Counted from the stretch's first letter, positions 1 to 11,790 are shown. The stretch is DNA of 64,000 bases from Schizochytrium sp. TIO01 (GCA_004764695.1 SMSO01000035.1:4228040-4292039), one strand, 5' to 3'. Numbers and translations are program-made. Notes: generated from the letters alone by a model not told the origin.

Positions 1-285
1 GGAGTAGCTGTATTCATCCGAGAGTAAGACTTAACTCTCTGGGCTTCAGTATGCCTAAACAGGTCTACACATGAGAATCTGACAATCTATATAATTCCCA
101 AAATAAAAATAAAAATGTAAACAAAAATGACATTTCATGATAGTGATTTTGCTCAGAAGATTTTATGTACTACCATATTAGACAGGTATAGAAGAACGAT
201 TGCTTACTCATTCAGTAGCTTATGCGTTCAGTTTACAGCACAGACTAAAGGTAACTTAATATGAGGGTCACACGAGTGGCCTCAC

Positions 286-1144
286 TTACTGACTTCCTTT
301 GTCAAAAAACTTAACAACGTAAACTGTAGTTGTCCCCTTGTCATTCTGTGGTGTGACAGCACGAACCGAAGCTGGAAATTGCGCAGCGTGTAAAAGACCG
401 CGGATTAATCCTGCATTAAACGAGGCACAGTTAAGGCGGCCCTGTAGCTCCTTTGGCATAGAGATGAAATGGCTCGGAATAGGGTTCTCTTCATAGATGA
501 AGAACTCATTCTCGTTAGCTGTACTACGCTGCAACGAGTTTGTCTCCTTGTCGTACAGGGTCTTCCAGCAAGTTGATGTGATGAACTGTAAAATACTGAC
601 TGGCGTAGTATCTCTTTTCTTAGGGCGCTCCCGAGCAATGATCAGGTTAAGCATGCGCCAGCCGACACTATGACCAAGTTCCTTGAGCCTACATGCAGTA
701 AATAGTAAATAACAGCAGCAAGCAGTATGTTTTCAGGATGCACATGACCAAAGTATGATTTACATCGTAAGTAGGTTAGTTGTCATGAGATCCTCCCTTT
801 TGCTTAGCACAATATTTCAGGAATCGAAAAGGGTCAACATTTTGGATATTATCGTCTTGAAAGATGAAGAATCTGCATGATCTCTCTTGCATTCAGTATA
901 ATTACAAGGCAGTCTATGCGACCGGATGCGAAGGACCGTGGATGGTAGGCACGCGTGTGACTCCAATGATCCTGTGAAGTGCTGAGAGATGAAGCACATG
1001 ACATCAAACGTACCGTTCTTCAAGGTCTTGTGCATCGACAACTTTGTGTTGGCAGTACTGAAAAATCTCTGCAAAGAGAAGCGAAAAGGCGCTGCGGCTT
1101 ACTTGTCGGTTGCCCTGTGGCAAGGGCCTTGCGACAATATCCAT
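286..1144 (-). CDS. TRAPPC5: TRAPP complex subunit 5 (Trs31); exons 1144-1014 and 688-286, about 177 aa
   Basis: Exon 1 reads MDIVARPLPQGNRQVSRSAFSLLFAEIFQYCQHKVVDAQDLEE. A GTACGT...TAG intron (1013-689) joins it in frame (CG|G = Arg) to LKELGHSVGWRM and ORF 286..654, which has CWKTLY and LNCASFNAGLIRGLL...FPASVRA, typical of Trs31. Confidence 0.92.
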
Positions 1145-3551
1145 TGTTTACCACCTGAGAGTGGATGCTTCGTTCACGAGAGCTTGACGGGAGGGTTGAT
1201 TCAAAGTTTGTTTCGATTATCGCAGTCTCGGCCCATGCTTCTACTGTAGTGAACATTTGGAACATTCGGATCATTTGGATTTGTCACTCGATCTTTAGTG
1301 CTTACAAGTGTTCCGCACATCTCATTTGCTAGTCTAGCTCACCACAAAAGATACTTTTTTGCTTATAAATTGCGAGACTGGGAGATAACAAACTATTTAG
1401 ACAGGATCTCCTACCCTTTCAATCAATATGTCAAGTTCTTTAAGAACAAATAATAAATTTCTTACTTGTTAGATGCACGGGATTACGTGATATAGCCCCC
1501 TGTACAAGCCATATTGCAACCGTATAAGTATATATGCATCTCGACATGTCGAAGATTTCATAAATAATACTTATATTATCAGCATATCACGAATTATTGC
1601 TTTGCATACTAGGGAAAGGGTCGTTTCCTGAAGACTTTAAAATTTCAGATTGTACAAAAACATCCTAAACGACCTTTCAACGACTGTATGTGCATTATAG
1701 CGCTCAATTTCGTTTGAATTTATTATAATTGTTGCAGTTTAATCCTTTGCTTTTTGTATTTAATAACGTTACAATCGAGTAACGTGGACAATAGTTCGGG
1801 TCCAGCCTGCAAATGACTAAATAAAGCTCTTTATAGAGTCGCGCTCTTCAGCGTATTGCACTACCAAATGATATATATACTTCGTATTGACTGTAAAAGA
1901 CCTTACGAGTCCTTTTTCAAATAATTTACTCAGTCTAAGTATCGGATTACCCCATTGTATTGTACGGATGTTTTGAACATGAAAATATACATCTGTCCAA
2001 GGAGCATTTTAGATAGCAGAATCCTGGATAAACTACATCACAACGCGTGACCAGCTCTGGCTAATCCAAAACCTCTGCAAAGGCAGGTTATAAACCGTGT
2101 GCTAAGATAGGCATAATCTTTTTAGATAATGATGCACATAAGTACTTTGCTCAATTGACTAAACATAGCATTGCGGCCTCTATTCCGATGGAATTCATAC
2201 AATAGGATACATGCAAGTAACCATTCCATATAAAAATTTGAATTTTGTATTCTGTAAATAGATAAATTCACGAAGTCAATCACGATCACATAAGGACCGC
2301 ATCTACTGGAAATCAGTGCATTCATTCTGCCAGCATGCTAAATCTAAGTAATAAACCTACGATTTCAGATGACTTAAGTTACATCATGTCTATAGTTCAG
2401 TTATGGTATTCCTGCAATAAACATCAAGCACATTCCGGGCCCGTCTTCTGTGAGTATTCATGGACTCTGTTTTCGGTTTTGCCAAGTGAAATTGTTGAAT
2501 GAATGACTTCGTAAATACTGAAAGGTTCGAATAACATAAACTTAACTGCATTCACTAATCCGTACTTATGAAGTCAGTTATTCATACATTAAAATTCTTT
2601 TCAATTTTTGAGATCATGATGCATTTCAGAACATATTCGTAAATATGCTCAGCCAGAATTGTTGTCATAAAACAATCACAACAAGCAATGACTTGTCATT
2701 TACAAAAAGAAATACGCCTACTTAAAGCATCAACAGAGAGTGTTTGCAAAAAGTTAGCAAGGGTACCTAGATCGCAAACTTCCTAAGCATTCAGTAGGGA
2801 TAAAGCTCAAGATCTTTCAGCACTCAACTTGCGGGGAGGTAAAAAGATACTCTCTTGTAGTTATGCAGGTAACGTATTGTGACATACGATGCCTGCAATG
2901 TCGCGCGCAGCTTGTAGCCCTACCGCACATAGTCGTTGGTATGCAAAATAAAGCTATCATGCGTTTCATACCTATAATTACTGACGAATGAAGCAAAAGG
3001 TCGGTCAAATTTCTGCACGCCATAACATGGGAAATTGATTATGTAATATAAGTAGGCTCCACATTGGTAGAGCGAATTCCGACAGTCGCGCCACATCTGC
3101 CTATTGTGTGAATCTACCTTCTACCCCCAAGTCGTAATCTAGCAGATCCGATATTCACACAAGGGTTACGTAATTAAGGTAAGGAAGCTGGGCCTGGTGT
3201 GTCCAATGTCCCAAAATGCACTTAAAGAAAAAAAAAGGAATCACAACATTCCACCTCATTAAGTCAACTCGATAATTGACGCTGTTCTCATATCGTTAAC
3301 TGCTTATTCTGTGAATAGGCGGAAGTTTACAACGCGCTCACGAAGGCACTCTCCTTAGCTTGTGCTAGGGGAACATTAGAGGCAACCCAGCAACTTGTTG
3401 AACGAAAATTGTAATTAAAAATAAAAAGTTGATTTCCTAGGTAGGATGCAATAGCTAGAACTATTAATAGTCCACATAACAAGTAAATTCGATTAAAAGC
3501 ATCGACGTTGATCAATCATCAATCCAGTCTCGCCTGCCTCGACTAGGCGCG

Positions 3552-5256
3552 ATGGGAGGCGCCGTTGTTGAGGATGGCGCCACTTACTCAGGCACGATGG
3601 CCTTCGTGTACGTCTTCAACCTCGTTGTTGGGTTCGGAGCTCTGACTCTACCTTCAGTCTTTTACCAGGCCGGCTATGTCCTAGGTGGACTGTTCATGGC
3701 TGTTCTGGGTGTGATCTCCTTTGTGACGGCGACCTTCGTCGTGGAGGCAATGTCTCTGGGTAACGCAGTCGAGTTCCTCGGGCTGCACAACAGCGGCAAT
3801 AAATATGAAATGGTTAGTACTTCCACAACTCTGGAGGGGGATTCTTCTGATACCGTGGACATCAGCAATCACGCTCAGAACAAAGGTACTTCCCCCAAGA
3901 ACACTGGCAAACAGGTTGCTCCGGATGCCACGAAACTCCGTCGACCTCGTTTGCAGTCTCGTAAGGACGACCATCACCCAATCGACATAGGTCACATCGT
4001 AGCAGGGTCGTCTTCTGATGGAGGTATTGACGATGACGAATTTGACTCTAGGATGAAGAATGAACCTTTTGAACTTCGCAATAAGCTAGAACTTGGAGAC
4101 ATGGCCAAGCTCTTCATGGGAAACTTTGGCTACAAAGTCCTCATGGCAATCACTGGTATATACCTATACGGAGACCTGGCTATCTACGCCTCTGCGACAC
4201 CGACAACATTGATATCATTATTCCCTGGGGATCGTAAAGAAATCACCATTCCTCTGCTGGACTGGACTTATCCGGTAGATCAGGACTCTTCCTATAGCGC
4301 TTGGCTCATGCTATTTTCTTGCATTGTAGTCCCTCTGTCGTGCTTAAATTTCCAGAAAACCAAACATTTACAGATATTTACATGCACATATCGCAATGCT
4401 GCGTTAGTATCCATGATCGCTCTGGCAGCGATACGATATGAAAAGCATGTACTTTCAGGGCGCGGTGGTGATGATGAGCCAGATCTCGAGCTCAAGCAAT
4501 TTAATCCTGCAGGGCTCCCAAAGCTGTTTGGCGCCGCAACTTACTCCTTCATGTGCCACCATTCGCTTCCATCAATTATATTCCCGATTGATGCAGAGTC
4601 ACGCCCCTATATCATGAAAATTCTTGGCTTGGACTATGTAGCTATTCTCATCACCTACTTGATATTGTGCATTCACTGCTTTTTTGGCTTTTGCATCGTA
4701 CAAGGACATCATATGTGAAGAGGAGCCTAGTACATTGTCATGCGCTATCCAGGGTATTTATATTCTCAACTTTAGTTCAGGAACGAATCCGTTCTTTGGG
4801 GATTTTTTAACTCTTCTCCCAGTCTTCATCTGCTTTACAAATTTTCCTCTCATTGCAATTACCACGAGGAATAATCTGATTGTTTGGTTTAATTGGTTTT
4901 ACAATCGCATTACGGGTGGTGTCATCCCACCAGGTGAGGTGCGACTGTGGCATTCTCTTATTGTCGCTGTTCCACCAATCATTATTGCTTTTGTTATCCA
5001 CGACGTCAGCATTATTGTTGAGTTCACAGGTAGCTATGCTGGACTTGCATTGGAGTTTCTCTTCCCATGTTGGCTTGTAGTCTCAGCACGCAAAGCAGTT
5101 AATCGTCTGGATCCTGAAATCCGGCAGGGTAACCCGTACAGGTCACCGTTCCAATCAAACGTAGCTGTGGCCATTGTGTTACTATGGAGCGTGACTTCCT
5201 TGTGTTTTATATTTTTCCAGCAAGCTGGCGCCTTTGCTACTGACGACGATTATTAA
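3552..5256 (+). CDS. TMEM104: TMEM104-like amino-acid transporter (Aa_trans family); one +1 frameshift near 4672-4686, about 567 aa if corrected
   Basis: Motifs YVFNLVVGFGALTLP, ELGDMAKLF, IYLYGDLAIYA, FQKTKHLQ, YSFMCHHSLPS in ORF 3552..4718, continuing as TNFPLIAITTRNNL, TGSYAG, NPYRSPF in ORF 4684..5256. Removing one base joins the two ORFs. Confidence 0.88.
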
Positions 5257-5633
5257 GGCCTTTTGCCCAGACTTTGGCCATTCTCATGATCACCATGTCT
5301 GATGAAGCTCGATAGTAGTAGAAAAACTCTTCAACAATCAACCCGGTTCAAAGCCAGGTCTGTGTAAACGAATTGAATTTAACTCATTTTCCAAATTACA
5401 TTCTTTTCACATGATGGACAGCAAACGCACGCAACCTTTATCTCAACGATGACTATGAAAGAGGCTTTCCTACTCATTAAAAAAAAATGCTGTCTTCTCT
5501 CAATACTTGACCCTATCTACATTAAAAACTAGCTTGCTACGTAGGTGAAAGTTGCTATGAAAGCCTGAGAATAGAGCAATAATATTTCACTACTTCACTA
5601 TACTATATATTGTCCAAAAGACTCTGTGATCTC

Positions 5634-5669
5634 AGCTGATCCGAGTCTTCGCTGACTCAATATCCGCCA
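5634..5669 (+). ncRNA. 36-nt hairpin leader of tRNA copy 1
   Basis: AGCTGATCCGAGTC-TTCGCT-GACTCAATATCCGCCA; TATATAT at 5604 (-30). Confidence 0.55.
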
Positions 5670-5756
5670 GCCGGAATAGCACAGTGGCAGTTGCGACCGT
5701 CTCATAGAACAAACTAAGATAGCGGCAGGTCGTGAGTTCGATCCTCACTTCTGGCA
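5670..5756 (+). tRNA. tRNA-Met(CAT) elongator with 14-nt intron, copy 1
   Basis: Acceptor stem GCCGGAA/TTCTGGC, discriminator A, anticodon loop CT-CAT-A, intron GAACAAACTAAGAT after position 37, T-arm GTGAG-TTCGATC-CTCAC; 73 nt after splicing; T5 at 5761. G1-C72 and TTCG indicate elongator rather than initiator. Confidence 0.93.
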
Positions 5757-5830
5757 TTCATTTTTGGATTTTTTCCCTTCCTAAAAACTTGTGTATGTTG
5801 TATATATACGGCATTGAGATTTCATCTTTC

Positions 5831-5866
5831 AGCTGATCCGGGTCCTTACCGACTCATCATCCGCAA
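5831..5866 (+). ncRNA. 36-nt hairpin leader of tRNA copy 2
   Basis: AGCTGATCCGGGTC-CTTACC-GACTCATCATCCGCAA; TATATATA at 5801 (-30). Confidence 0.55.
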
Positions 5867-5953
5867 GCCGGAATAGCACAGTGGCAGTTGCGACCGTCTC
5901 ATAGAACAAACTAAGATAGCGGCAGGTCGTGAGTTCGATCCTCACTTCTGGCA
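5867..5953 (+). tRNA. tRNA-Met(CAT) with intron, copy 2
   Basis: Identical to copy 1; followed by an oligo-T run. Confidence 0.93.
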
Positions 5954-6256
5954 TTTATTTTTTCATCTTTACATGTAATCTTTTTTTTTGTTTGTGAAAA
6001 ATTAAACTAAAAGTTAACATTTACAATGATAATAATAGGAATAATAAGTAGCGAAAGGGGCTGATATATTATACTATTGTATTTTTCGTAGTTTTAGAAG
6101 AATCAATTTCATAATTAACTAAAATAAAAACTGAAAATTAATTAAACTTTAAATTTTAAGTAGAAACTGCAAATCTCTGCAAACTGACTTTTTTTTTCTC
6201 CAATCAATTGTGAACAGTTGTTGTAGGTCGCCGAGGAATTCGCTGCAACAAACCAT

Positions 6257-6342
6257 GCCGGAGTAGCACAGTGGCAGTTGCGACCGTCTCATAGAACAAA
6301 TTAGAAAGCGGCAGGTCGTGAGTTCGATCCTCACCTCTGGCA
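6257..6342 (+). tRNA. tRNA-Met(CAT) variant with 13-nt intron and no leader, copy 3
   Basis: Compensatory G7-C66 pair (GCCGGAG/CTCTGGC); intron GAACAAATTAGAA; T5 shortly downstream. Confidence 0.9.
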
Positions 6343-6469
6343 TAGATTCACTTTTTGTTGATCTGTGATTGCTGCACTCCTTTTTTAATTTAAAATGGAT
6401 GGTTCAGGTCAGTGCCTTGGCTGCATGTGAGAAGATACAAAGGGAGAATCCCTCGATTATCCAATCTAA

Positions 6470-6556
6470 GCCGGAACAATACAATGGCAGTTGCGATCGT
6501 CTCATAGAATAAACTAAGATAGCAGCAGGTCGTGAGTTTGTTCCCCGATTCTGGCA
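6470..6556 (+). pseudogene. Degenerate tRNA-Met(CAT), copy 4
   Basis: Same length as intact copies, but the A box (CAATACAATGG), B box/T-arm (GTGAGTTTGTTCCCCGA) and anticodon stem are disrupted; no leader. Confidence 0.85.
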
Positions 6557-6924
6557 AATGACTATTTTTTGTCGTGGTTGGTTATAGTCAGATGGGTTGG
6601 ACATGGAGATTTGCATCATTAACCTTTTTTTTTGTTTAAAAAAAAAAAAAAATTACATTCAAAAAAAGAAAAGAATAATTAGTTTTTATTCTTTCATGAG
6701 CGAAGTGCAGATTTCTAAACCGAGATCAAAACTACACGTGCGTGTTACCTTCTTTGTTAAAATATATCATCCCATATTCTTTTGTGTCACATCGCAGTTG
6801 TTTTCATATTTAATTATCTACTCTGGAAGGGGAAAAGAATGAGAGTCTTAAAAACGGAGGCTTGTTTTGCAAGAGCAGAAATTCACAACTTCATTTATTT
6901 ACTACCTTGGCCGCATCGTCTCTC

Positions 6925-6960
6925 AGCTGATTCGAGTCCTTAATGACTCATCGTCCGCCA
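6925..6960 (+). ncRNA. 36-nt hairpin leader of tRNA copy 5
   Basis: AGCTGATTCGAGTC-CTTAAT-GACTCATCGTCCGCCA; TTTATTTA at 6894 (-31). Confidence 0.55.
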
Positions 6961-7047
6961 GCCGGAATAGCACAGTGGCAGTTGCGACCGTCTCATAGAA
7001 CAAACTAAGATAGCGGCAGGTCGTGAGTTCGATCCTCACTTCTGGCA
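6961..7047 (+). tRNA. tRNA-Met(CAT) with intron, copy 5
   Basis: Identical to copy 1; oligo-T run follows. Confidence 0.93.
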
Positions 7048-7410
7048 ATTTAATTTTTTTAATGGTTGGTCATCATACCCCATCTCACACATGGTCATTT
7101 GTAAAACAAACCTTTTGTTGTTTCTTTTTTCACACAAAAAAGAGACCTATTTTGTTTTTATTCCTACATGAATAAAATGCATTTCTACACCGAGATCGAA
7201 ACCAACAGCTCGTTTTAACTTCTATATAGTTTCAATATGGTATCCTATTTTCTTCTTCGTCACATTACACTTGTTTTGATAATTAATTATCTACTTTGGA
7301 AGGGAATGTGAGTATCAAAAAATTAAAATTAATTTTAAAAATTCAAGTTTATTTTGTCAGGGCGGAATTTCACAACTTCATTTATTTACTACCTGGCCGC
7401 ATCGTCTCTC

Positions 7411-7446
7411 AGCTGATTCGAGTCTTCACTGACTCAACATCCGCCA
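7411..7446 (+). ncRNA. 36-nt hairpin leader of tRNA copy 6
   Basis: AGCTGATTCGAGTC-TTCACT-GACTCAACATCCGCCA; TTTATTTA at 7381 (-30). Confidence 0.55.
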
Positions 7447-7532
7447 GCCGGAATAGCACAGTGGCAGTTGCGACCGTCTCATAGAACAACTAAGATAGCG
7501 GCAGGTCGTGAGTTCGATCCTCACTTCTGGCA
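7447..7532 (+). tRNA. tRNA-Met(CAT) with 13-nt intron, copy 6
   Basis: Exons identical to copy 1; intron lacks one A. Confidence 0.92.
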
Positions 7533-7948
7533 ATTAATTTTTTTTGTTTTTGTATTTTGTTGCTGGATCAACATAGAAGGAAAAGGAGGTTGACACCTCT
7601 CTCCAAGTCTTCCACAAAGTTTGACTCCAAGTAGGTACCTAGGCATTTCTACTATAAGTGTTTTAAATATTGTGAAACGAGAAATTGGAAAACCAGCGCC
7701 AGGTATGCATTGCATTGCATTTCTTTATGAACTGTTGCAAACTCTGTACGTACTACTCCTTCGTTGCTGAGTTATACTGCTTTGCAGTTGTTTTTTTGAA
7801 TGCGGGGTTATCTTTTAAAAACAAATGAAAGGCTGGGAGTATGAGTTGTTTGCTCGGGAGACCAATCACAGGTCTGTGTTCATGCAGAATGCACTGAAGA
7901 TTATTTATCAAACTTCATTTATATGTGGCCTTGGCCGAATTGTCTCTC

Positions 7949-7984
7949 AGCTGATTCGAGTCTTCACTGACTCAACATCCGCCA
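7949..7984 (+). ncRNA. 36-nt hairpin leader of tRNA copy 7
   Basis: Same sequence as the copy 6 leader; TTTATAT at 7918 (-31). Confidence 0.55.
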
Positions 7985-8071
7985 GCCGGAATAGCACAGT
8001 GGCAGTTGCGACCGTCTCATAGAACAAACTAAGATAGCGGCAGGTCGTGAGTTCGATCCTCACTTCTGGCA
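7985..8071 (+). tRNA. tRNA-Met(CAT) with intron, copy 7
   Basis: Identical to copy 1; T6 follows. Confidence 0.93.
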
Positions 8072-8303
8072 TTCTTTTTTCAAAACTTTTTCAACTTTGG
8101 AATTCAATTTCTCAATTTTTACCTTTTTAGATATCGTAATATCCTATTTGTAACTTTGTAGGCGAGCACAACCGTAAGCACATGCAAATTTACAGCAATA
8201 CTTTGAAGTTGTTTGTTAGCAAACCACTGCAACACTCTCGAGTAGTTGTGCTTCCACCGAATTGCAGTAGACTCAGACTCTCCAGCAACCCTTTGGGTGA
8301 GAC

Positions 8304-10590
8304 TTGAGTATTGCTGCAATATCTTGCAAGCAGCGTTGGGATTTTATGTCAGCAAATCCTTTCTTTGTGATCGACAACATCTGCCAGATTGTTTGCCAAC
8401 CTCAATCATCAGAGTGTAGCTGCAAATCTTTTACCTATATTCATGATATTTTGAAGATGATCGATCATATTGAAGAAGAAAATAGTTACTAATCTCATCG
8501 TGCACGCATGCTTCAATAAAAGGACTTTACTCTCTAAGGTATACGTGAAGAACTTGAAAAGGAATGTGTGGATAGACAAGACGCTTCACATGGTCTAATT
8601 ATTGTTGATTGGAAGATGGCGCTTGTAAGTTTATCAGCTCGGGAGACAACGCAGAAGCACGTTGATAAGAGAGGATTCAGTTGGCACAGGACTCTTGTGG
8701 TGCTCTTGTGGTGCTCTTGTGGTGCTCTTGTGGTGCTTTTGTAATGTACTTCAGAAGACGGAAGGTCAAAGTATGATGCCAGATGGCTATCCTGGAGAGG
8801 AAATCGTTGCAGATCGTATGTAGGTTTTATCTCGGTCAAACTTTGCTTAGAAAAAAACAAGCGAACGACAGCTGTCGTAGCTTTGATGCTAAAATCTATC
8901 GTTATTTGAATGAAGACTGGGGTTCCATCATTGTAAATAACATATTTAAAAGTAATTATGATGGTTGTTGTTTTTCCTTACACCGATTCAGCTTCATTGT
9001 AATGCTCAATACGCGTTGACCTGATCAAAATCGAACAATATCTTCATTTTGAGACTCAATATGGAAAGTTGCCAGCATTGAGTCATGCTTCGCAACTGCA
9101 AGAAAAATGTGAAATCCTACATGAAGAGAAAATGAAAGAAGCCGTGCAAAACATGCCATGTCACCTACAGGATTTAAACGTGCTCTGGCGTGCTCTGGCG
9201 ATGTCCAACACTACAGTGTGCAGTTAATCGCCACGACTTACGAGACAATTCCTAGGCTAGATTGCACTCTTCGACTTACTGCAGATGCATCAAAAAGGCT
9301 AATGAAACGTTGTGATGCCACGTTTTTCAAATTTGACTAAAGCTCCAACTATTTCCAAACCTACGGAGGTGTTTTAGGCTGCACAAGATGACCGGAAGTT
9401 TCCGATTTGGGTACAATCCTACTTTAAATCAGCGATCCCTTCACTATTTCTTTTGCTCTTGGTAATAGACATTAATGAGGTGATCAAAGCTGTATGCCTC
9501 GCTCAAATTCTCCAGCATTTGCGAGTTTCCCACGTCTGGACGAGAAATTTAGAAATGTCGGTCCATACTGTGACCACGAGGTAGGTGTGATGGTAGAGAG
9601 TGATGACGAAAGAATGTCAGGAAATGACGAACAAAACGTTGCCACATATATTGAAAATTCGATAGATTACCTGATTGATAGCGAGACTCCTCCTCATACT
9701 CAAAATAGCCCATTTTAGCAAAAGATTCGCTGGGGTCATCAGTTGATTATGATGGAGAATCTGACCATTCCGGGTCCACTTTTGATGTAAGGTCTATTGA
9801 CAGCAATCAAATTGCTGAGTATTCTAATTTCCTGATGTTGCAATCGATACCCAGTTAAAAATTGATGTTCCAAGCAAAAGATACGAATATGCTCACTATA
9901 CCTCAATGGTAAATCCACCCTTACCGGTGTTAGGATAGTTACACTTCAAATTCTAAGGTCATCAAGGGCTCTATGCACGCATTAGAACCACAGGTTTCGC
10001 AAATCAGAGACCTCTGGTCCTTTCAAGGCTCTGATTCGCCATTATCTACAGCGAGAATTGGTTTTTCTATGCTGCATTCTCATAGTAAGATTAGTACTGA
10101 TCATACAGATATGTTCGACTACAAGTTTGCACAATCCACTACCGTCAAGTCAAGTGCACAGGGTTGGTGAGAAGACCTAAGAAGAGTAACGTATACGGCG
10201 GAGACTATGCGTTAATGCACTACAACGACATTAGAGTACGCTATAACAAAGACACAATCAATTCATCAGACGGGCTGGTGCCTTCTAATATGCTCGAAAG
10301 ACTCAAAGCCAAGCAGGGTAGGCAGTGCTCATACCCTAGCGTGTCGAACATCCACATGAGGGTTTCATTTCTGGTGAAGTTGTCTAAGCAGTCTGATTCC
10401 TGTGTCCTAATATTATCTTAAGATAATTTGGATCGATAAGTGAGGTTGCAAATCTAATGTTTTTTCTAAGTACAGGGCAAAGTAACTGAAACGTATATAA
10501 ATATTAAGAAAATGAAGCCGAGAAATTTGATTGCCAAGCTGATCAAAGACTTGCCAGAAACACAAATAAATCCGGAATCAAAGAGGAGTT
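8304..10590 (+). mobile_element. Decayed DNA-transposon transposase, Sola3-like; boundaries approximate, no TIRs found
   Basis: Across stops and frameshifts: SHRARMLQ (8493), GLIIVDWKMALVSLSARETTQKHVDKRGFSWH (8592-8687), KSNYDGCC (8948), LHFETQYGK then SIESCFATA (9042-9100), GW/VRRPKKSNVYGGDY...PSNMLERLK (about 10160-10310). Order and spacing match the DW.MK..RE..GKRGISWH / SDNAGCY / ETQ.GK..D motif series I recall for Sola3-type transposases. Confidence 0.7.
8692..8746 (+). repeat. 11-bp minisatellite (CTCTTGTGGTG)x4 plus one degenerate unit
   Basis: Direct tandem repeat inside the transposase relic. Confidence 0.9.
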
Positions 10591-11326
10591 AATATTGGAT
10601 AACGAGGTACTTCCCAGGCGTGAACACAGAAAAATATCAAATACATTTAACAACATTATTAATCCGAAGTTAATGGACATATTCATTGCGTGAGTAGACG
10701 TATTATCCACTGCTGCCTTGTTGCGGCTACTTTAAACTGATCTCATCCATGCGTTTCACCATTGTTTACAAACTTGAAAATCTGTTCTAAAGCCTCGTTG
10801 CGGCAGACACTTTGCCAAGCCCTGGAGACAAATACGATAGCGCCTTCCGTTCTAGTTCGTCGCATCTGCAGCGCACTGGAAATGTCTTATTAACCTTTCA
10901 AAGGGTCGCTTGCTAGGCAACATTCTTATTCATTCCGGAAGTCTCTGATCTTGCGACGATGTGCCACACACTATCATTTGCACTAAGCAACAAAAAATTT
11001 AACCCATCATGATGGTAGATTTTTAGTCCTTATAAATAAAAAAGTAAATAGTAAAAGAGAGAAAACAAAAAGTACGACATCTGCATCAATCGATCAATAT
11101 TCGATTTCTTAATGCACTAGCGAGACCTTATTACCTCATGAAAAATGTGTAGTAAATTTCAAATACGTTTTCTTAGTTTGAGATTTTCTTCTGCAATTTG
11201 TCCAGAGGTCTTACCTGTGGGGCACGCGTTAAAGTCTGTAGCTCTTGGTGTCGTTTGATGTAAAAAATGTGAAACGATGTTTTGCTGACTTTAAGTATAT
11301 ATATGTTCATAGCCGCTTCGTCTCTC

Positions 11327-11362
11327 AGCTGATTCGAGTCTTCGCTGACTCAACATCCGCCA
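11327..11362 (+). ncRNA. 36-nt hairpin leader of tRNA copy 8
   Basis: AGCTGATTCGAGTC-TTCGCT-GACTCAACATCCGCCA; TATATATA at 11296 (-31). Confidence 0.55.
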
Positions 11363-11449
11363 GCCGGAATAGCACAGTGGCAGTTGCGACCGTCTCATAG
11401 AACAAACTAAGATAGCGGCAGGTCGTGAGTTCGATCCTCACTTCTGGCA
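11363..11449 (+). tRNA. tRNA-Met(CAT) with intron, copy 8
   Basis: Identical to copy 1; oligo-T run follows. Confidence 0.93.
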
Positions 11450-11790
11450 TTTCTTTTTTTTCTCCTCGCTTTTTTTTTTCAATAAATGACTCAAATGCAA
11501 AAATTGTATATTAGTGTTTTGTCTTTGACGAGAGCTGCTTTTTGCTTAAAGAGCTGCTTCAGGAATAGATCACTTACGCTTATGGCCCTTGCTAGGTTTC
11601 AATGTATTTCTGCAGAATAAGGACACGGCTGATTTCAATTTCCTAAATCGGCTGCAGTCCAATATCTGGGATGGAAAATCATTCGCTCGGTTATTATATG
11701 GATAGATAGATAGTTCGATCAGAAAACATGCGACAACAAAAAATAAATATTTTATCCATAGTTATATACGCATGAGGGCTCTTCACTTTC

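Noticed and set aside
3104-3162. 10-bp inverted repeat TTGTGTGAAT/ATTCACACAA
   Set aside because: Isolated stem in AT-rich DNA with no other support.
5670-5756. Initiator tRNA-Met or tRNA-derived SINE
   Set aside because: G1-C72 and TTCG indicate elongator. There is no SINE body, tail or target-site duplication, and the intron is retained.
8072-11295. Terminal inverted repeats or target-site duplication for the transposon
   Set aside because: No convincing pair found by eye; element ends remain undefined.
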